Notes: generated by a model from the sequence alone, not told the origin. Positions 1-7,260 are shown, numbered from the stretch's first letter. The stretch: DNA of 29,904 nucleotides from Verrucomicrobiota bacterium (GCA_026397895.1 JAPLTZ010000118.1:1-29904), one strand, 5' to 3'. Made by a program: numbers and translations.

Positions 1-238
1 CAATGGCGGCGTAGAGGTCGGCCTCGCGGTCTTCGGCGAAGAGGTCCGGGCCGCGCACGCCGAGGCGGATGGAGCAGGAAAAGGCCTTGGCCGGCGCGCG
101 GTTGTGGTCGTGTTCGAGCGTCACGCGCGCGTCCACGGCCCAGCGGTCGAAGTGTTCCAGCTTGTCGAGCCGGTCAAGGAGGTGGTCTTCGATGGCTTTC
201 GTCAGGGTCACGTTGTGGGTGGAAAGAATGAATTTCAT
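1..238 (-). CDS. raiA: Ribosome hibernation promoting factor (HPF/RaiA family), 3' end truncated by window edge
   Basis: Manual translation from ATG at 238: MKFILSTHNVTLTKAIEDHLLDRLDKLEHFDRWAVDARVTLEH...DLFAEDREADLYAAI, matching the HPF pattern including the DLYAAI motif. Absent from the ORF track because there is no stop in the window. Confidence 0.85.
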   Translation of the reverse strand, partial: MKFILSTHNVTLTKAIEDHLLDRLDKLEHFDRWAVDARVTLEHDHNRAPAKAFSCSIRLGVRGPDLFAEDREADLYAAI

Positions 239-304
239 GGCCGGATGATGACGCCGTTTTTTGGAAAAATCCAGCGAAAGGTTGTGCCGGCAAAAATGGA
301 ATTC

Positions 305-333
305 TTGAACTTGCGCGCCGCTTGCCGTAAATC
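305..333 (+). promoter_or_regulatory. Putative sigma70-type promoter for parA
   Basis: TTGAAC (305-310), 17 nt, TAAATC (328-333), then 6 nt to the in-frame GTG at 340. Confidence 0.4.
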
Positions 334-1125
334 ATGCGCGTGCCGACCAAAGTCATCGCTGTTGCCAACCAGAAAGGCGGCGTGGGCAAGACCACGACCA
401 CCGTCAACCTCGCCGCCTGCCTTGCCGCGCTCGGACAGCGCGTCCTGCTGCTCGATTTCGACCCGCAGGCGAACGCAACGAGCGGCCTCGGTTTGGAAAA
501 AATCGAGGGCGGCAGTGCGTATCGGCCGCTCATGGGCGAGGGCGGCTTGCTGGAGAAAATCAAACCTACGGCCTACGAACGGCTGGAAATAATCCCCAGC
601 GAGGTGGACTTGTGCGGCGCGGACATCGAACTGGCGCGCATGGACAACCACCTGCAACGCCTCGCGCTCGCCTTCCAGCCCATCCACGATTCGGGACGCT
701 TCGACGTGGTGCTGATGGATTGCCCGCCGTCGCTGGGGATTCTGACGTTGAACGCCTTTGCCGCCGCCGACGCCGTGCTCGTGCCGTTGCAATGCGAATA
801 CTACGCGCTCGAAGGCGTCTCGATGCTGAACCGCATCATCAGCCAGCTTCACGACGCCGGCACGAATCCGCGCCTGGAACTTTTTGGTATCGTGATGACG
901 ATGTATGATGGTCGCACGAAACTCTCGCAGCAGGTCGTGGACGAGGTGCGGCAGCATTTCGGCGAGCGCGTTTTCGAGACGCTCATCCCGCGTTCGACGC
1001 GGCTGGCGGAAGCGCCGAGCTACGGCAAGCCCATCATCTACTACGACCGCTCCGGCCCCGGCGCGGCGGCCTACGAGCTGCTCGCGCAGGAAGTGCTGAA
1101 GCGGTTGCCGCCGGTCGCGCAATAA
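334..1125 (+). CDS. parA: ParA/Soj family ATPase (start could be GTG 340)
   Basis: Deviant Walker A NQKGGVGKTTT, DFDPQANAT, DCPPSLG, PLQCEYYALEG and LAEAPSYG motifs. No parB in the window. Confidence 0.95.
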   Translation: MRVPTKVIAVANQKGGVGKTTTTVNLAACLAALGQRVLLLDFDPQANATSGLGLEKIEGGSAYRPLMGEGGLLEKIKPTAYERLEIIPSEVDLCGADIELARMDNHLQRLALAFQPIHDSGRFDVVLMDCPPSLGILTLNAFAAADAVLVPLQCEYYALEGVSMLNRIISQLHDAGTNPRLELFGIVMTMYDGRTKLSQQVVDEVRQHFGERVFETLIPRSTRLAEAPSYGKPIIYYDRSGPGAAAYELLAQEVLKRLPPVAQ

Positions 1126-1157
1126 AAAAACCGGCCCGCGCGAAGGCGCGAGCCGGT
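1124..1157 (-). terminator. Intrinsic terminator for the yceI transcript, between convergent genes
   Basis: Stem ACCGGC-c-CGCGC, loop GAAG, GCGCG-a-GCCGGT (1130-1157). A7 at 1124-1130 gives a U-tract on the minus strand. Confidence 0.75.
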
Positions 1158-1174
1158 GGTTGCGGAAATGAATC

Positions 1175-1786
1175 TTACTTCGGCGAAGCGCCCGCGAGGC
1201 TCAGGGTGAGTTCGATTTCGTCGGAGACTTTGTCCGCCGGCGCGGTGGGGTTGATGCCGTAGTCGCTGCGCTTGATGGTGAAGCTGGCGCGGATGACGAG
1301 CAGGTCGCCTTCCATCTTTGGCACGCGCAGGCCGAGCTTGCCCTTCAGATAGGTCAATTTCAAGGGCACGGTGATTTCCTTTGTAACGCCGTGGACGGTG
1401 AAGTTGCCGGTCGCATCGGCGGTCGTGGTGTCGCCGGTGGTCTTGACGTTCTGGAGCGCCTTCGCCTCGAAAGTGATTTCCTTGAACTGCGCCGTGTCCA
1501 TCCACATCGCGCCGTGAAGGTGGGTGTTCATCATCGGATTCGGCACGGTGAGGGATTCTGCGGTGACGACGATCTTGCCCGTGGTCGCGCCGGGATTCTC
1601 CGCGTCGAACGTGACGATGCCGGTGATGCCGCTGGCGCTGCCGGTGATGGCTTCGAGCGGGGCGTCGAGCTTGAACACGGCGTTGTTCACGCCTTTCGGG
1701 TCTTTGAAGTCGAACGCTTGCGGCGCGGCGAGCGCGACGCCCGCGAACGCGGCGAGGACGATTGAGGTGATGAGTTGCTTTTTCAT
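1175..1786 (-). CDS. YceI family secreted lipid/polyisoprenoid-binding protein
   Basis: Start ATG 1786 (MKKQLITSIVLAAFAGVALA, signal peptide). Motifs HLHGAMWMD..QFKEITF, GNFTVHGVTKEITVP, FTIKRSDYGI. Confidence 0.9.
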   Translation of the reverse strand: MKKQLITSIVLAAFAGVALAAPQAFDFKDPKGVNNAVFKLDAPLEAITGSASGITGIVTFDAENPGATTGKIVVTAESLTVPNPMMNTHLHGAMWMDTAQFKEITFEAKALQNVKTTGDTTTADATGNFTVHGVTKEITVPLKLTYLKGKLGLRVPKMEGDLLVIRASFTIKRSDYGINPTAPADKVSDEIELTLSLAGASPK

Positions 1787-1793
1787 TTTGGTT

Positions 1794-2009
1794 TTATGAT
1801 TTGGTTGTTGGTTGATGTGATTTTGAGCGGACAAAAATTGAAGCGCCGGCCAGAACGCCCGCGCCGAGCAAGCCCGCACCGAGGAAGTCGAGGCCGGGCA
1901 GGAACTTCTTTTCGTAGGTGATGCCCTCGATGCCGGTGACTTCATCCACGGTCTTGACGGCGGCGGCGAGCGCGACAGCGGCGGCGAGGGCTTGAAGCAG
2001 GCGTTTCAT
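1794..2009 (-). CDS. Small hypothetical membrane protein (71 aa), possibly with an internal in-frame deletion
   Basis: Fills the gap between pirin (3 nt) and yceI (7 nt) on the same strand, with GC-rich codon usage and hydrophobic ends. Confidence 0.7.
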   Translation of the reverse strand: MKRLLQALAAAVALAAAVKTVDEVTGIEGITYEKKFLPGLDFLGAGLLGAGVLAGASIFVRSKSHQPTTKS

Positions 2010-2012
2010 GAT

Positions 2013-2711
2013 TCAGTTCAAGTCGAACAGCAACACTTGCGATTTTTGTTTGGCGGTCAGTTTCAAATCTCCTGTCTCACTGACTGCGGCGGCGTCGCCG
2101 GCGTTCAAAGTTTGGTCGTTCAATTCTACCTCGCCCTCGGCGACGTGAATCCACGCGTGCCGTTGCGGACGCAACGTGTGTTCCACGGTGTCGCCAGCTT
2201 CCAGCTTCGCGAGCGACAACTCCGCGTCCTGGTTGATGGCGATGGAGTTCTCGCGGCCCGTCTTGCTCGCGACGAGATGCCACCCGCCGGTCTTGGCGCG
2301 GGCGAGGGATTTTTCCTCGTAGCGCGGTGGCGCGGATTTGCGGTCGGGCTGAATCCAGATTTGCAGCAGGTGAACCGGCTGCTTCTCCGACGGATTGAAT
2401 TCGCTGTGCTGCACGCCCGTGCCGGCGGCCATGTATTGCACCTCGCCGGTGCGGATGACGCGGCCGTTGCCCATCGAGTCCTTGTGCTCCAGTTCGCCGC
2501 TCAAGATGTAGGTGATGATCTCCATGTCGCGGTGCGGATGCGTGCCGAAGCCGCCGCCGGGCGCGATGGTGTCGTCGTTGATGACGCGCAGGGAGCGGAA
2601 GCCCATGTGCGCGGGGTCGTGGTAGTCCGCGAAGGAAAACGTGAAGCGGGTGTTCAGCCAGCCGTGGTCGGCGTGCCCCCTGTCATTGGCCTTGCGTAGT
2701 TTCATATTCAT
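2013..2711 (-). CDS. Pirin family (YhhW-like) bicupin
   Basis: RGHADHGWLNTRFTFSFADY, GFGTHPHRDMEIITY, AGTGVQHSEFN, LLQIWI. Start ATG 2711 or 2705. The longer ORF to 3470 is antisense overlap with lysR. Confidence 0.95.
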   Translation of the reverse strand: MNMKLRKANDRGHADHGWLNTRFTFSFADYHDPAHMGFRSLRVINDDTIAPGGGFGTHPHRDMEIITYILSGELEHKDSMGNGRVIRTGEVQYMAAGTGVQHSEFNPSEKQPVHLLQIWIQPDRKSAPPRYEEKSLARAKTGGWHLVASKTGRENSIAINQDAELSLAKLEAGDTVEHTLRPQRHAWIHVAEGEVELNDQTLNAGDAAAVSETGDLKLTAKQKSQVLLFDLN

Positions 2712-2720
2712 CTTGGGGAC

Positions 2721-2750
2721 ACGGTAGCGCGCGGAAAAATTTCCGGCCAA
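2721..2750 (-). promoter_or_regulatory. Putative sigma70 promoter for the pirin-yceI operon
   Basis: Minus strand TTGGCC (2750-2745), 18 nt, TACCGT (2726-2721), then 9 nt to ATG 2711. Confidence 0.45.
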
Positions 2751-2771
2751 TACCTTGTTTCTGGCGCAGCG

Positions 2772-2786
2772 ATGCTTTTCAGGTAT
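2772..2786. promoter_or_regulatory. Putative LysR recognition box (T-N11-A)
   Basis: ATGC-TTTTCAG-GTAT, an imperfect dyad containing T-N11-A, between the divergent lysR and pirin genes. It overlaps the lysR -10 (TATCGT, 2784-2789). Confidence 0.55.
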
Positions 2787-2795
2787 CGTTGCGGC

Positions 2796-3680
2796 ATGGA
2801 ACTGCGACACCTGCGTTACTTCGTGACCGTGGCCGAGCTGCTGAATTTCACCAAGGCCGCGACGCGCCTCCGCGTGGCGCAACCGGCGTTGAGCCGCCAG
2901 ATCCGCGACCTCGAAGACGAGCTTGGCGCACCGCTGTTCGAGCGCGGGCCGCGCTTCGTGAAGTTGACCGATGCCGGGATCGCTTTCGTGCCGGAGGCGC
3001 AAGCCGTGTTGCTCCGAGCCGAGGAAGCGGTGCAGGCCGTGCGCGCGGTGGTGAACGGTGAGCGCGGGCAGATTCACGTCGGCTACGCGCCGTCGCCGAC
3101 GGTGGAGCTGCTGCCGAGCGCGTTGCATGCGTTCCAGAATCTCGCTCCCGGTGTGCGCGTGAACCTGCACGACCTTTCGAGCGAGGAACTGCTGCGCGGG
3201 TTGCACGACGGCAAACTGGATTTGTGCCTGGTGGTCCGGCAGCCGGAGAAGGCGATGCGCGGATTGAAATTTGAATGTCTGCGGGAATATCCGATGTGTG
3301 TGGCGGTTTCGCTGCGGCACCCGTTCGCAAAGCGGAAGCAGGTGACGCTGGCGCAAATCGCCGCCGAACCGTTGCTGGCCTACACGCGCGCCGACTATCC
3401 CGATTACCATGCGATGCTGGCGGAGATTTTCCGTCCGCTGGGCGTGAACCCGCGCGTGGTGGCGGAACACGACAGTGCGTCGAGCCTCATTGCGGCGACC
3501 GAGGCCGGGCGCGGCGTGAGCATCGCGGCCTCGTCGCTGGGCCTCGTCGCGGGCGGGCGGATCAAGCTCGTGCCGCTGAAGCCCGCGCCGGCGGCGATGG
3601 TGGTGGGCGCGGCTTACAATCCGAAGAAGTTCTCCGTCGCCGCGAAAAAGTTTTTGCAGGCGGCGGGTGGGAAGGCGTAG
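2796..3680 (+). CDS. LysR family transcriptional regulator
   Basis: MELRHLRYFVTVAELLNFTKAATRLRVAQPALSRQIRDLEDELG HTH plus substrate-binding domain. ATG 2796 preferred over 2772 because of the canonical N-terminus and the -10 spacing. Confidence 0.95.
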   Translation: MELRHLRYFVTVAELLNFTKAATRLRVAQPALSRQIRDLEDELGAPLFERGPRFVKLTDAGIAFVPEAQAVLLRAEEAVQAVRAVVNGERGQIHVGYAPSPTVELLPSALHAFQNLAPGVRVNLHDLSSEELLRGLHDGKLDLCLVVRQPEKAMRGLKFECLREYPMCVAVSLRHPFAKRKQVTLAQIAAEPLLAYTRADYPDYHAMLAEIFRPLGVNPRVVAEHDSASSLIAATEAGRGVSIAASSLGLVAGGRIKLVPLKPAPAAMVVGAAYNPKKFSVAAKKFLQAAGGKA

Positions 3681-3750
3681 CGGCGGTCGGCAGACCGCCG
3701 GATTATTTTGATAAGAGAATGAATGCGGCTCTCTGCCGAGGAGCCGCTAC
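3677..3750. repeat. Inverted pair of GTAG-type REP-like palindromes (REPIN/BIME-like), probably also acting as terminator
   Basis: Plus 3677-3700: GTAG-CGGCGGTC-GGCA-GACCGCCG (perfect 8-bp stem). Minus 3750-3725: GTAG-CGGCTCCTC-GGCA-GAGAGCCGC. AT-rich 24-nt spacer. Confidence 0.7.
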
Positions 3751-3760
3751 GGAGTTTCCG

Positions 3761-4411
3761 TCAAATGACCTTCACGAGGTCTTTCGCCTCGAAGCGGACT
3801 TTCGGCAGCGTCGCGTATTTGTCGTTGGCGGCGCGGTAGCCGAGCGCGCAGGCGACGATGGTCTGGTGGCCGCTGTCAGTGAGGCCGAGAATCTTGTCGT
3901 ATTCCGCTGGCACGAGGCCTTCCATCGGGCAGGCGTCCGCGCCGAGGAGCGCGGCGCTGGTCATGAGGTTGCCGAGGGCGATGTAGGCCTGGCGGGCGGC
4001 CCATTCGGCGATGATTTTGCTGCGCGCGCCGTTGATGAGGTCGCCGACCATCATGTCGCGGTAGAAATTCAGCGACTCCGCCGGCACCTGGCGCACTTCG
4101 ACGATGCGGGCGATGAAGCGGTCAATCTCCTCCTTCGTCAGCGCCGTGCGGGCGATGAAGACAACGAAATGCGAACAATCCACGACCTGCTTCTGCCCCC
4201 ACGAGTGCGGCAGCAAAGCGGCGCGCTTGGCGGCGTCCTGCACGATGAGGAATTTGTAGGGCTGTAGGCCGAACGACGACGGTGAGAGGATGAGCGTCTG
4301 CTCCAGCGCCTGCCAAACCTCGGCGGGGATTTTTTTGGTGGCGTCGAAAATCTTGGTGGCGTAGCGCCAGTTTTGGGCGGCGAGCAATTGCTTGTTGGTG
4401 ATTTTGTTCAT
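3761..4411 (-). CDS. NAD(P)H-dependent nitroreductase family protein (NfsB-like)
   Basis: Start ATG 4411. WRYATKIFD, LSPSSFGLQPYKF, ARQAYIALGNL, DACPMEG, KVRF motifs. Confidence 0.93.
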   Translation of the reverse strand: MNKITNKQLLAAQNWRYATKIFDATKKIPAEVWQALEQTLILSPSSFGLQPYKFLIVQDAAKRAALLPHSWGQKQVVDCSHFVVFIARTALTKEEIDRFIARIVEVRQVPAESLNFYRDMMVGDLINGARSKIIAEWAARQAYIALGNLMTSAALLGADACPMEGLVPAEYDKILGLTDSGHQTIVACALGYRAANDKYATLPKVRFEAKDLVKVI

Positions 4412-4500
4412 GGCGTAAATCGTTTTGCTGGGCCGCCGGTTTTGGCGGCGCGCAACATTGCCATCGTTCGGCGGTGCGCGCAACTGTGGCGATTTCAAAT

Positions 4501-4528
4501 TTGAATTTCGCCGGCCGCTTCCTATGCT
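4501..4528 (+). promoter_or_regulatory. Putative sigma70 promoter, probably leaderless transcript
   Basis: TTGAAT (4501-4506), 16 nt, TATGCT (4523-4528), then 6 nt to ATG 4535. No Shine-Dalgarno. Confidence 0.55.
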
Positions 4529-4534
4529 TGCGCC

Positions 4535-5179
4535 ATGAGCGAAAATTCCTACCGCGTCCGCCGCGCCACGGTGGACGACCTGCCGGCGCTCACGGCGTTG
4601 TGGCAGACAATGGCGTTTCCGGTGGCGGAACCGCATTTGGAAAAACGGCTCACGGAATTCCAGGTGGCGGTGGACGCGGGCGACAAGGTGCTCGGCGCGG
4701 TGGCGCTGGAAATCGCCGGTGCGCAGGGGCGGATTCACCACGAGGCGTTCGATGATTTTGGGCTGGCGGAGCGACTGCGCCCGCTGTTCTGGGACAAAAT
4801 CCAGATGCTCGCGCAGAACAACGGAGTGTTCCGGCTCTGGACGCAGGAGGACGCGCCGTTCTGGAAACAGACGGGCCTGCAAACTCCGCCGCGCGACATT
4901 CTGCAAAAGCTCCCGGCCAAGTGGACGAACGCGCAGGGCGGTTGGCTGACTTTGCCGCTCAAGGACGAGGCGGCCATCAAGGCGCTGTCTGTTGATCAGG
5001 AGTTCGCTGCGATGATGCAAGCTGAGCGCGAACGCATCGCGGCGCGGGTGCAGTGGTTCAAGACTGTGGGGATGTTGACGGCGGTTCTGTTCGCGCTGCT
5101 GGTGGGCGCGCTGCTTATCTACGTGTTCCGTCGCGACCCGGCCATCTTGCAGAACCTCGGCGGCTTCTTGCGGAAGTGA
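4535..5179 (+). CDS. Hypothetical protein with GNAT-like N-terminal domain and C-terminal transmembrane helix
   Basis: YRVRRATVDDLPAL...VLGAVALE...LAQNNGVFRLWT...FWKQTG resembles a GNAT fold. Hydrophobic segment VGMLTAVLFALLVGALLIYVF near the C-terminus. Confidence 0.75.
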   Translation: MSENSYRVRRATVDDLPALTALWQTMAFPVAEPHLEKRLTEFQVAVDAGDKVLGAVALEIAGAQGRIHHEAFDDFGLAERLRPLFWDKIQMLAQNNGVFRLWTQEDAPFWKQTGLQTPPRDILQKLPAKWTNAQGGWLTLPLKDEAAIKALSVDQEFAAMMQAERERIAARVQWFKTVGMLTAVLFALLVGALLIYVFRRDPAILQNLGGFLRK

Positions 5180-5185
5180 TCGTGG

Positions 5186-6073
5186 TCAACCGGCGGAAAA
5201 TTCATCCGCGTGATACGAGCTGCGGACGAGCGGGCCGCTCGCCACGTGGAGGAAACCCAGCGCCTGCGCCGCCCGGGCGTAGGTCACGAACTGAGCCGGC
5301 GAAATATATTCCACGAGCGGCAGGTGTTTTGCCGACGGCGGCAGATATTGGCCGAGCGTGAGGATGTCGCACTGTGCGGCGCGCAAATCTTCCATCGCTT
5401 GCAACACTTCCGCTTCCGTCTCGCCGAGACCGAGCATCATGCCGGACTTGGTGTGAAAAGAGTTTCGAGTTTCGAGTTTTGAGTTTCGAGTTTTCGCCTT
5501 CGCCAGCACGCTCAACGAACGGTCGTAGGTCGCGCGGTGGCGCACGGTGGGCGTGAGGCGGCGGACGGTTTCGAGGTTGTGGTTGTAGATGTGCGGGCGC
5601 GCGGCGAGGACGGCTTCGATGGCGGCGTCGCAGTCATTGAAATCGGGAACGAGCACTTCGATGACGATGCCGGGATTCAAGGCGCGCACGGCTTCGATGG
5701 TTTTGGCGAAATGCTCCGCGCCGCCGTCGGCAATGTCGTCGCGGGCGACGGCGGTGATGACGACGTGCTTGAGCTTCATCCGGTGCGTGGCTTCGGCGAC
5801 GCGCTGGGGCTCGTCGGCTTCAAGCGCGAGCGGTTTGGCGGTAGCGATGGCGCAGAAGCCGCAGGCGCGCGTGCAACGGTCGCCGGCGATCATGAAGGTG
5901 GCCGTGCCTTTGCTCCAGCATTCCCAATGGTTAGGGCACTTGGCGCTCTCGCAGACGGTGTGGAGCGTCAGCTCGTCGAGCAGGCCGCGCGTGCGGCTGA
6001 AGGTGTCCGCCGTAGGTAGCGGCATGCGCAGCCATTCCGGGAGGCGCGGGCGTTTTGATTCAACGGCGGTCAT
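5186..6073 (-). CDS. lipA: Lipoyl synthase
   Basis: CESAKCPNHWEC (CX4CX5C), CTRACGFC (radical SAM), HNLETV, TKSGMMLGLGE, VRSSY. Start ATG 6073 (alternative GTG 6085). Confidence 0.97.
   Translation of the reverse strand: MTAVESKRPRLPEWLRMPLPTADTFSRTRGLLDELTLHTVCESAKCPNHWECWSKGTATFMIAGDRCTRACGFCAIATAKPLALEADEPQRVAEATHRMKLKHVVITAVARDDIADGGAEHFAKTIEAVRALNPGIVIEVLVPDFNDCDAAIEAVLAARPHIYNHNLETVRRLTPTVRHRATYDRSLSVLAKAKTRNSKLETRNSFHTKSGMMLGLGETEAEVLQAMEDLRAAQCDILTLGQYLPPSAKHLPLVEYISPAQFVTYARAAQALGFLHVASGPLVRSSYHADEFSAG
5460..5494. repeat. Tandem heptamer array (GAGTTTY)x5 inside lipA
   Basis: gagtttc gagtttc gagtttt gagtttc gagtttt, encoding KTRNSKLETRNS in the lipA frame. Confidence 0.9.
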
Positions 6074-6079
6074 ATTTTC

Positions 6080-6163
6080 AGCCACAGATTTTCACAGATG
6101 AAACACGGATGGGAAAAACTCTGAATTCATTTTATCTGTGTCCATCTGTGTTTATCTGTGGCT
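6080..6163. repeat. Imperfect inverted repeat built from three ~10-nt CACAGAT units per arm
   Basis: Left arm agccacagattttcacagatgaaacacggat (6080-6110). Right arm atctgtgtccatctgtgtttatctgtggct (6134-6163). 23-nt AT-rich loop. The right arm supplies the glutaredoxin stop codon. Confidence 0.85.
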
Positions 6164-6415
6164 TAACTGCTCCCAAAACTTTTCCAGTTCGGGCGGGCCG
6201 AAGTCGGCGAGGATTTTGCCGTCCACCTCGATGACGGGGGCGTAGCGCTGGCCGGAGAGGTTGATCATTTCCGTGAACGCCTTGCTGTCGGCGATGACAT
6301 CGAGCGTCTCGCATTTGATGCCGCGCTCGTTGAGCCAGGCGACGGCTTTGTGACACCACGGGCAATAGGGTTTGATGAAGAGGCGGATATCTTGTGGTGG
6401 CTTGTTCATTGGCAT
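6152..6415 (-). CDS. Glutaredoxin family protein
   Basis: LFIKPYCPWCHKA (CxxC) and LSGQRYAPVIEVDG (cis-Pro motif). 87 aa, alternative start 6409. Confidence 0.9.
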   Translation of the reverse strand: MPMNKPPQDIRLFIKPYCPWCHKAVAWLNERGIKCETLDVIADSKAFTEMINLSGQRYAPVIEVDGKILADFGPPELEKFWEQLSHR

Positions 6416-6418
6416 TAA

Positions 6419-6811
6419 TCAACTGCTCCGGTCTCTTGGAATCTGAACTCCATACTTAACCAAAATATTTGTAATATTACTTTCTAAATCCGTGCTGTGC
6501 CCACTCATGACAATCTCAATCTGTTGAATAAATATGCGGAGATTGGTCATGTAAACGTCTGTCATTCTTTTCCGTTCTACCGTATGTGAAAGATCAGCCA
6601 TGTTGTATGCCAGCAAAGCTATTTTTTTGTATGCCTCATCAGGTATTAGCCCAGCGTTGATAATGGAGTTATTCTGAAGCGACTTCTTTATGTAAGTTTG
6701 TCCTGCCCGAACCGGGTTAGACCGCAATGCTATAAATCCAACCAGAAATTGGAGAACAAACCAACCGATCCAACAGATAACAAGACATGCGACAATGTAT
6801 AATAGAATCAT
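6419..6811 (-). CDS. Low-GC orphan hypothetical protein (130 aa) with N-terminal membrane helix
   Basis: Open frame from ATG 6811 that fills the gcvH-grx gap. N-terminus ILLYIVACLVICWIGWFVLQFLVGFIAL. Hand count 155 G+C in 390 nt (6421-6810), about 40%. Confidence 0.7.
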   Translation of the reverse strand: MILLYIVACLVICWIGWFVLQFLVGFIALRSNPVRAGQTYIKKSLQNNSIINAGLIPDEAYKKIALLAYNMADLSHTVERKRMTDVYMTNLRIFIQQIEIVMSGHSTDLESNITNILVKYGVQIPRDRSS

Positions 6812-6828
6812 GTCCGAACAGAATTTAG

Positions 6829-7212
6829 CTAACTTCCAATCTGCGTCTTGTAGGCTTCCGGCGTGAGGAGGGCGTTGAGTTCCGCCGCGTTGCTCAATTT
6901 GATTTTGTAGAACCAGCCGCCGGCGTAAGGCTCGGTGTTCACGAGCGCGGGGTTGTCGGTGGCGGCTTTGTTGATTTCCACGACTTCGCCGCTGACGGGG
7001 GAGTAGATGTCGCTGGCGGTCTTGACGGATTCCACAACGGCGCAGGATTCGCCGGCCTTCACCTTGCGCCCCACGGCGGGCAGCTCGACAAAGACGATGT
7101 CGGTGAGTTCGTGCTGGGCGTGGTCGGTGATGCCGACGGTGGCGGTGTCGCCGGCGAGGCGCACCCATTCGTGGGACTTGGCGTATTTCAGGTCGGAAGG
7201 AACGTTGCTCAT
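6829..7212 (-). CDS. gcvH: Glycine cleavage system H protein
   Basis: [40 protein letters not shown] (lipoyl-Lys), NTEPYAGGW. Confidence 0.97.
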   Translation of the reverse strand: MSNVPSDLKYAKSHEWVRLAGDTATVGITDHAQHELTDIVFVELPAVGRKVKAGESCAVVESVKTASDIYSPVSGEVVEINKAATDNPALVNTEPYAGGWFYKIKLSNAAELNALLTPEAYKTQIGS

Positions 7213-7233
7213 AATGGTTTCAAAAAACTTGTC

Positions 7234-7260
7234 CGCAGATTACGCAGATTGCGCGGATTC
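7234..7260. repeat. Three tandem 9-mers (CGCAGATTN) upstream of gcvH, single arm
   Basis: cgcagatta cgcagattg cgcggattc. No complementary arm seen nearby. Confidence 0.75.

Noticed and set aside
334-1125. Orphan ParA as a marker of a plasmid or prophage
   Set aside because: Soj-like sequence with host-like composition, housekeeping neighbours, and no parB, rep, integrase or phage genes.
2712-5020. Long N-terminal extensions of pirin (to 3470) and nitroreductase (to 5020)
   Set aside because: They overlap lysR and the GNAT-like gene in antisense. Family-typical starts lie at 2711 and 4411.
6165-6429. 9-bp direct repeat AACTGCTCC (6165-6173, 6421-6429) as a target-site duplication
   Set aside because: It brackets the glutaredoxin gene, not the low-GC insert, and both copies are coding. 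Probably chance.
6416-6828. Low-GC ORF as an integron cassette or IS
   Set aside because: There is no room for an attC site (3- and 17-nt flanks), and no terminal inverted repeats or transposase/integrase.
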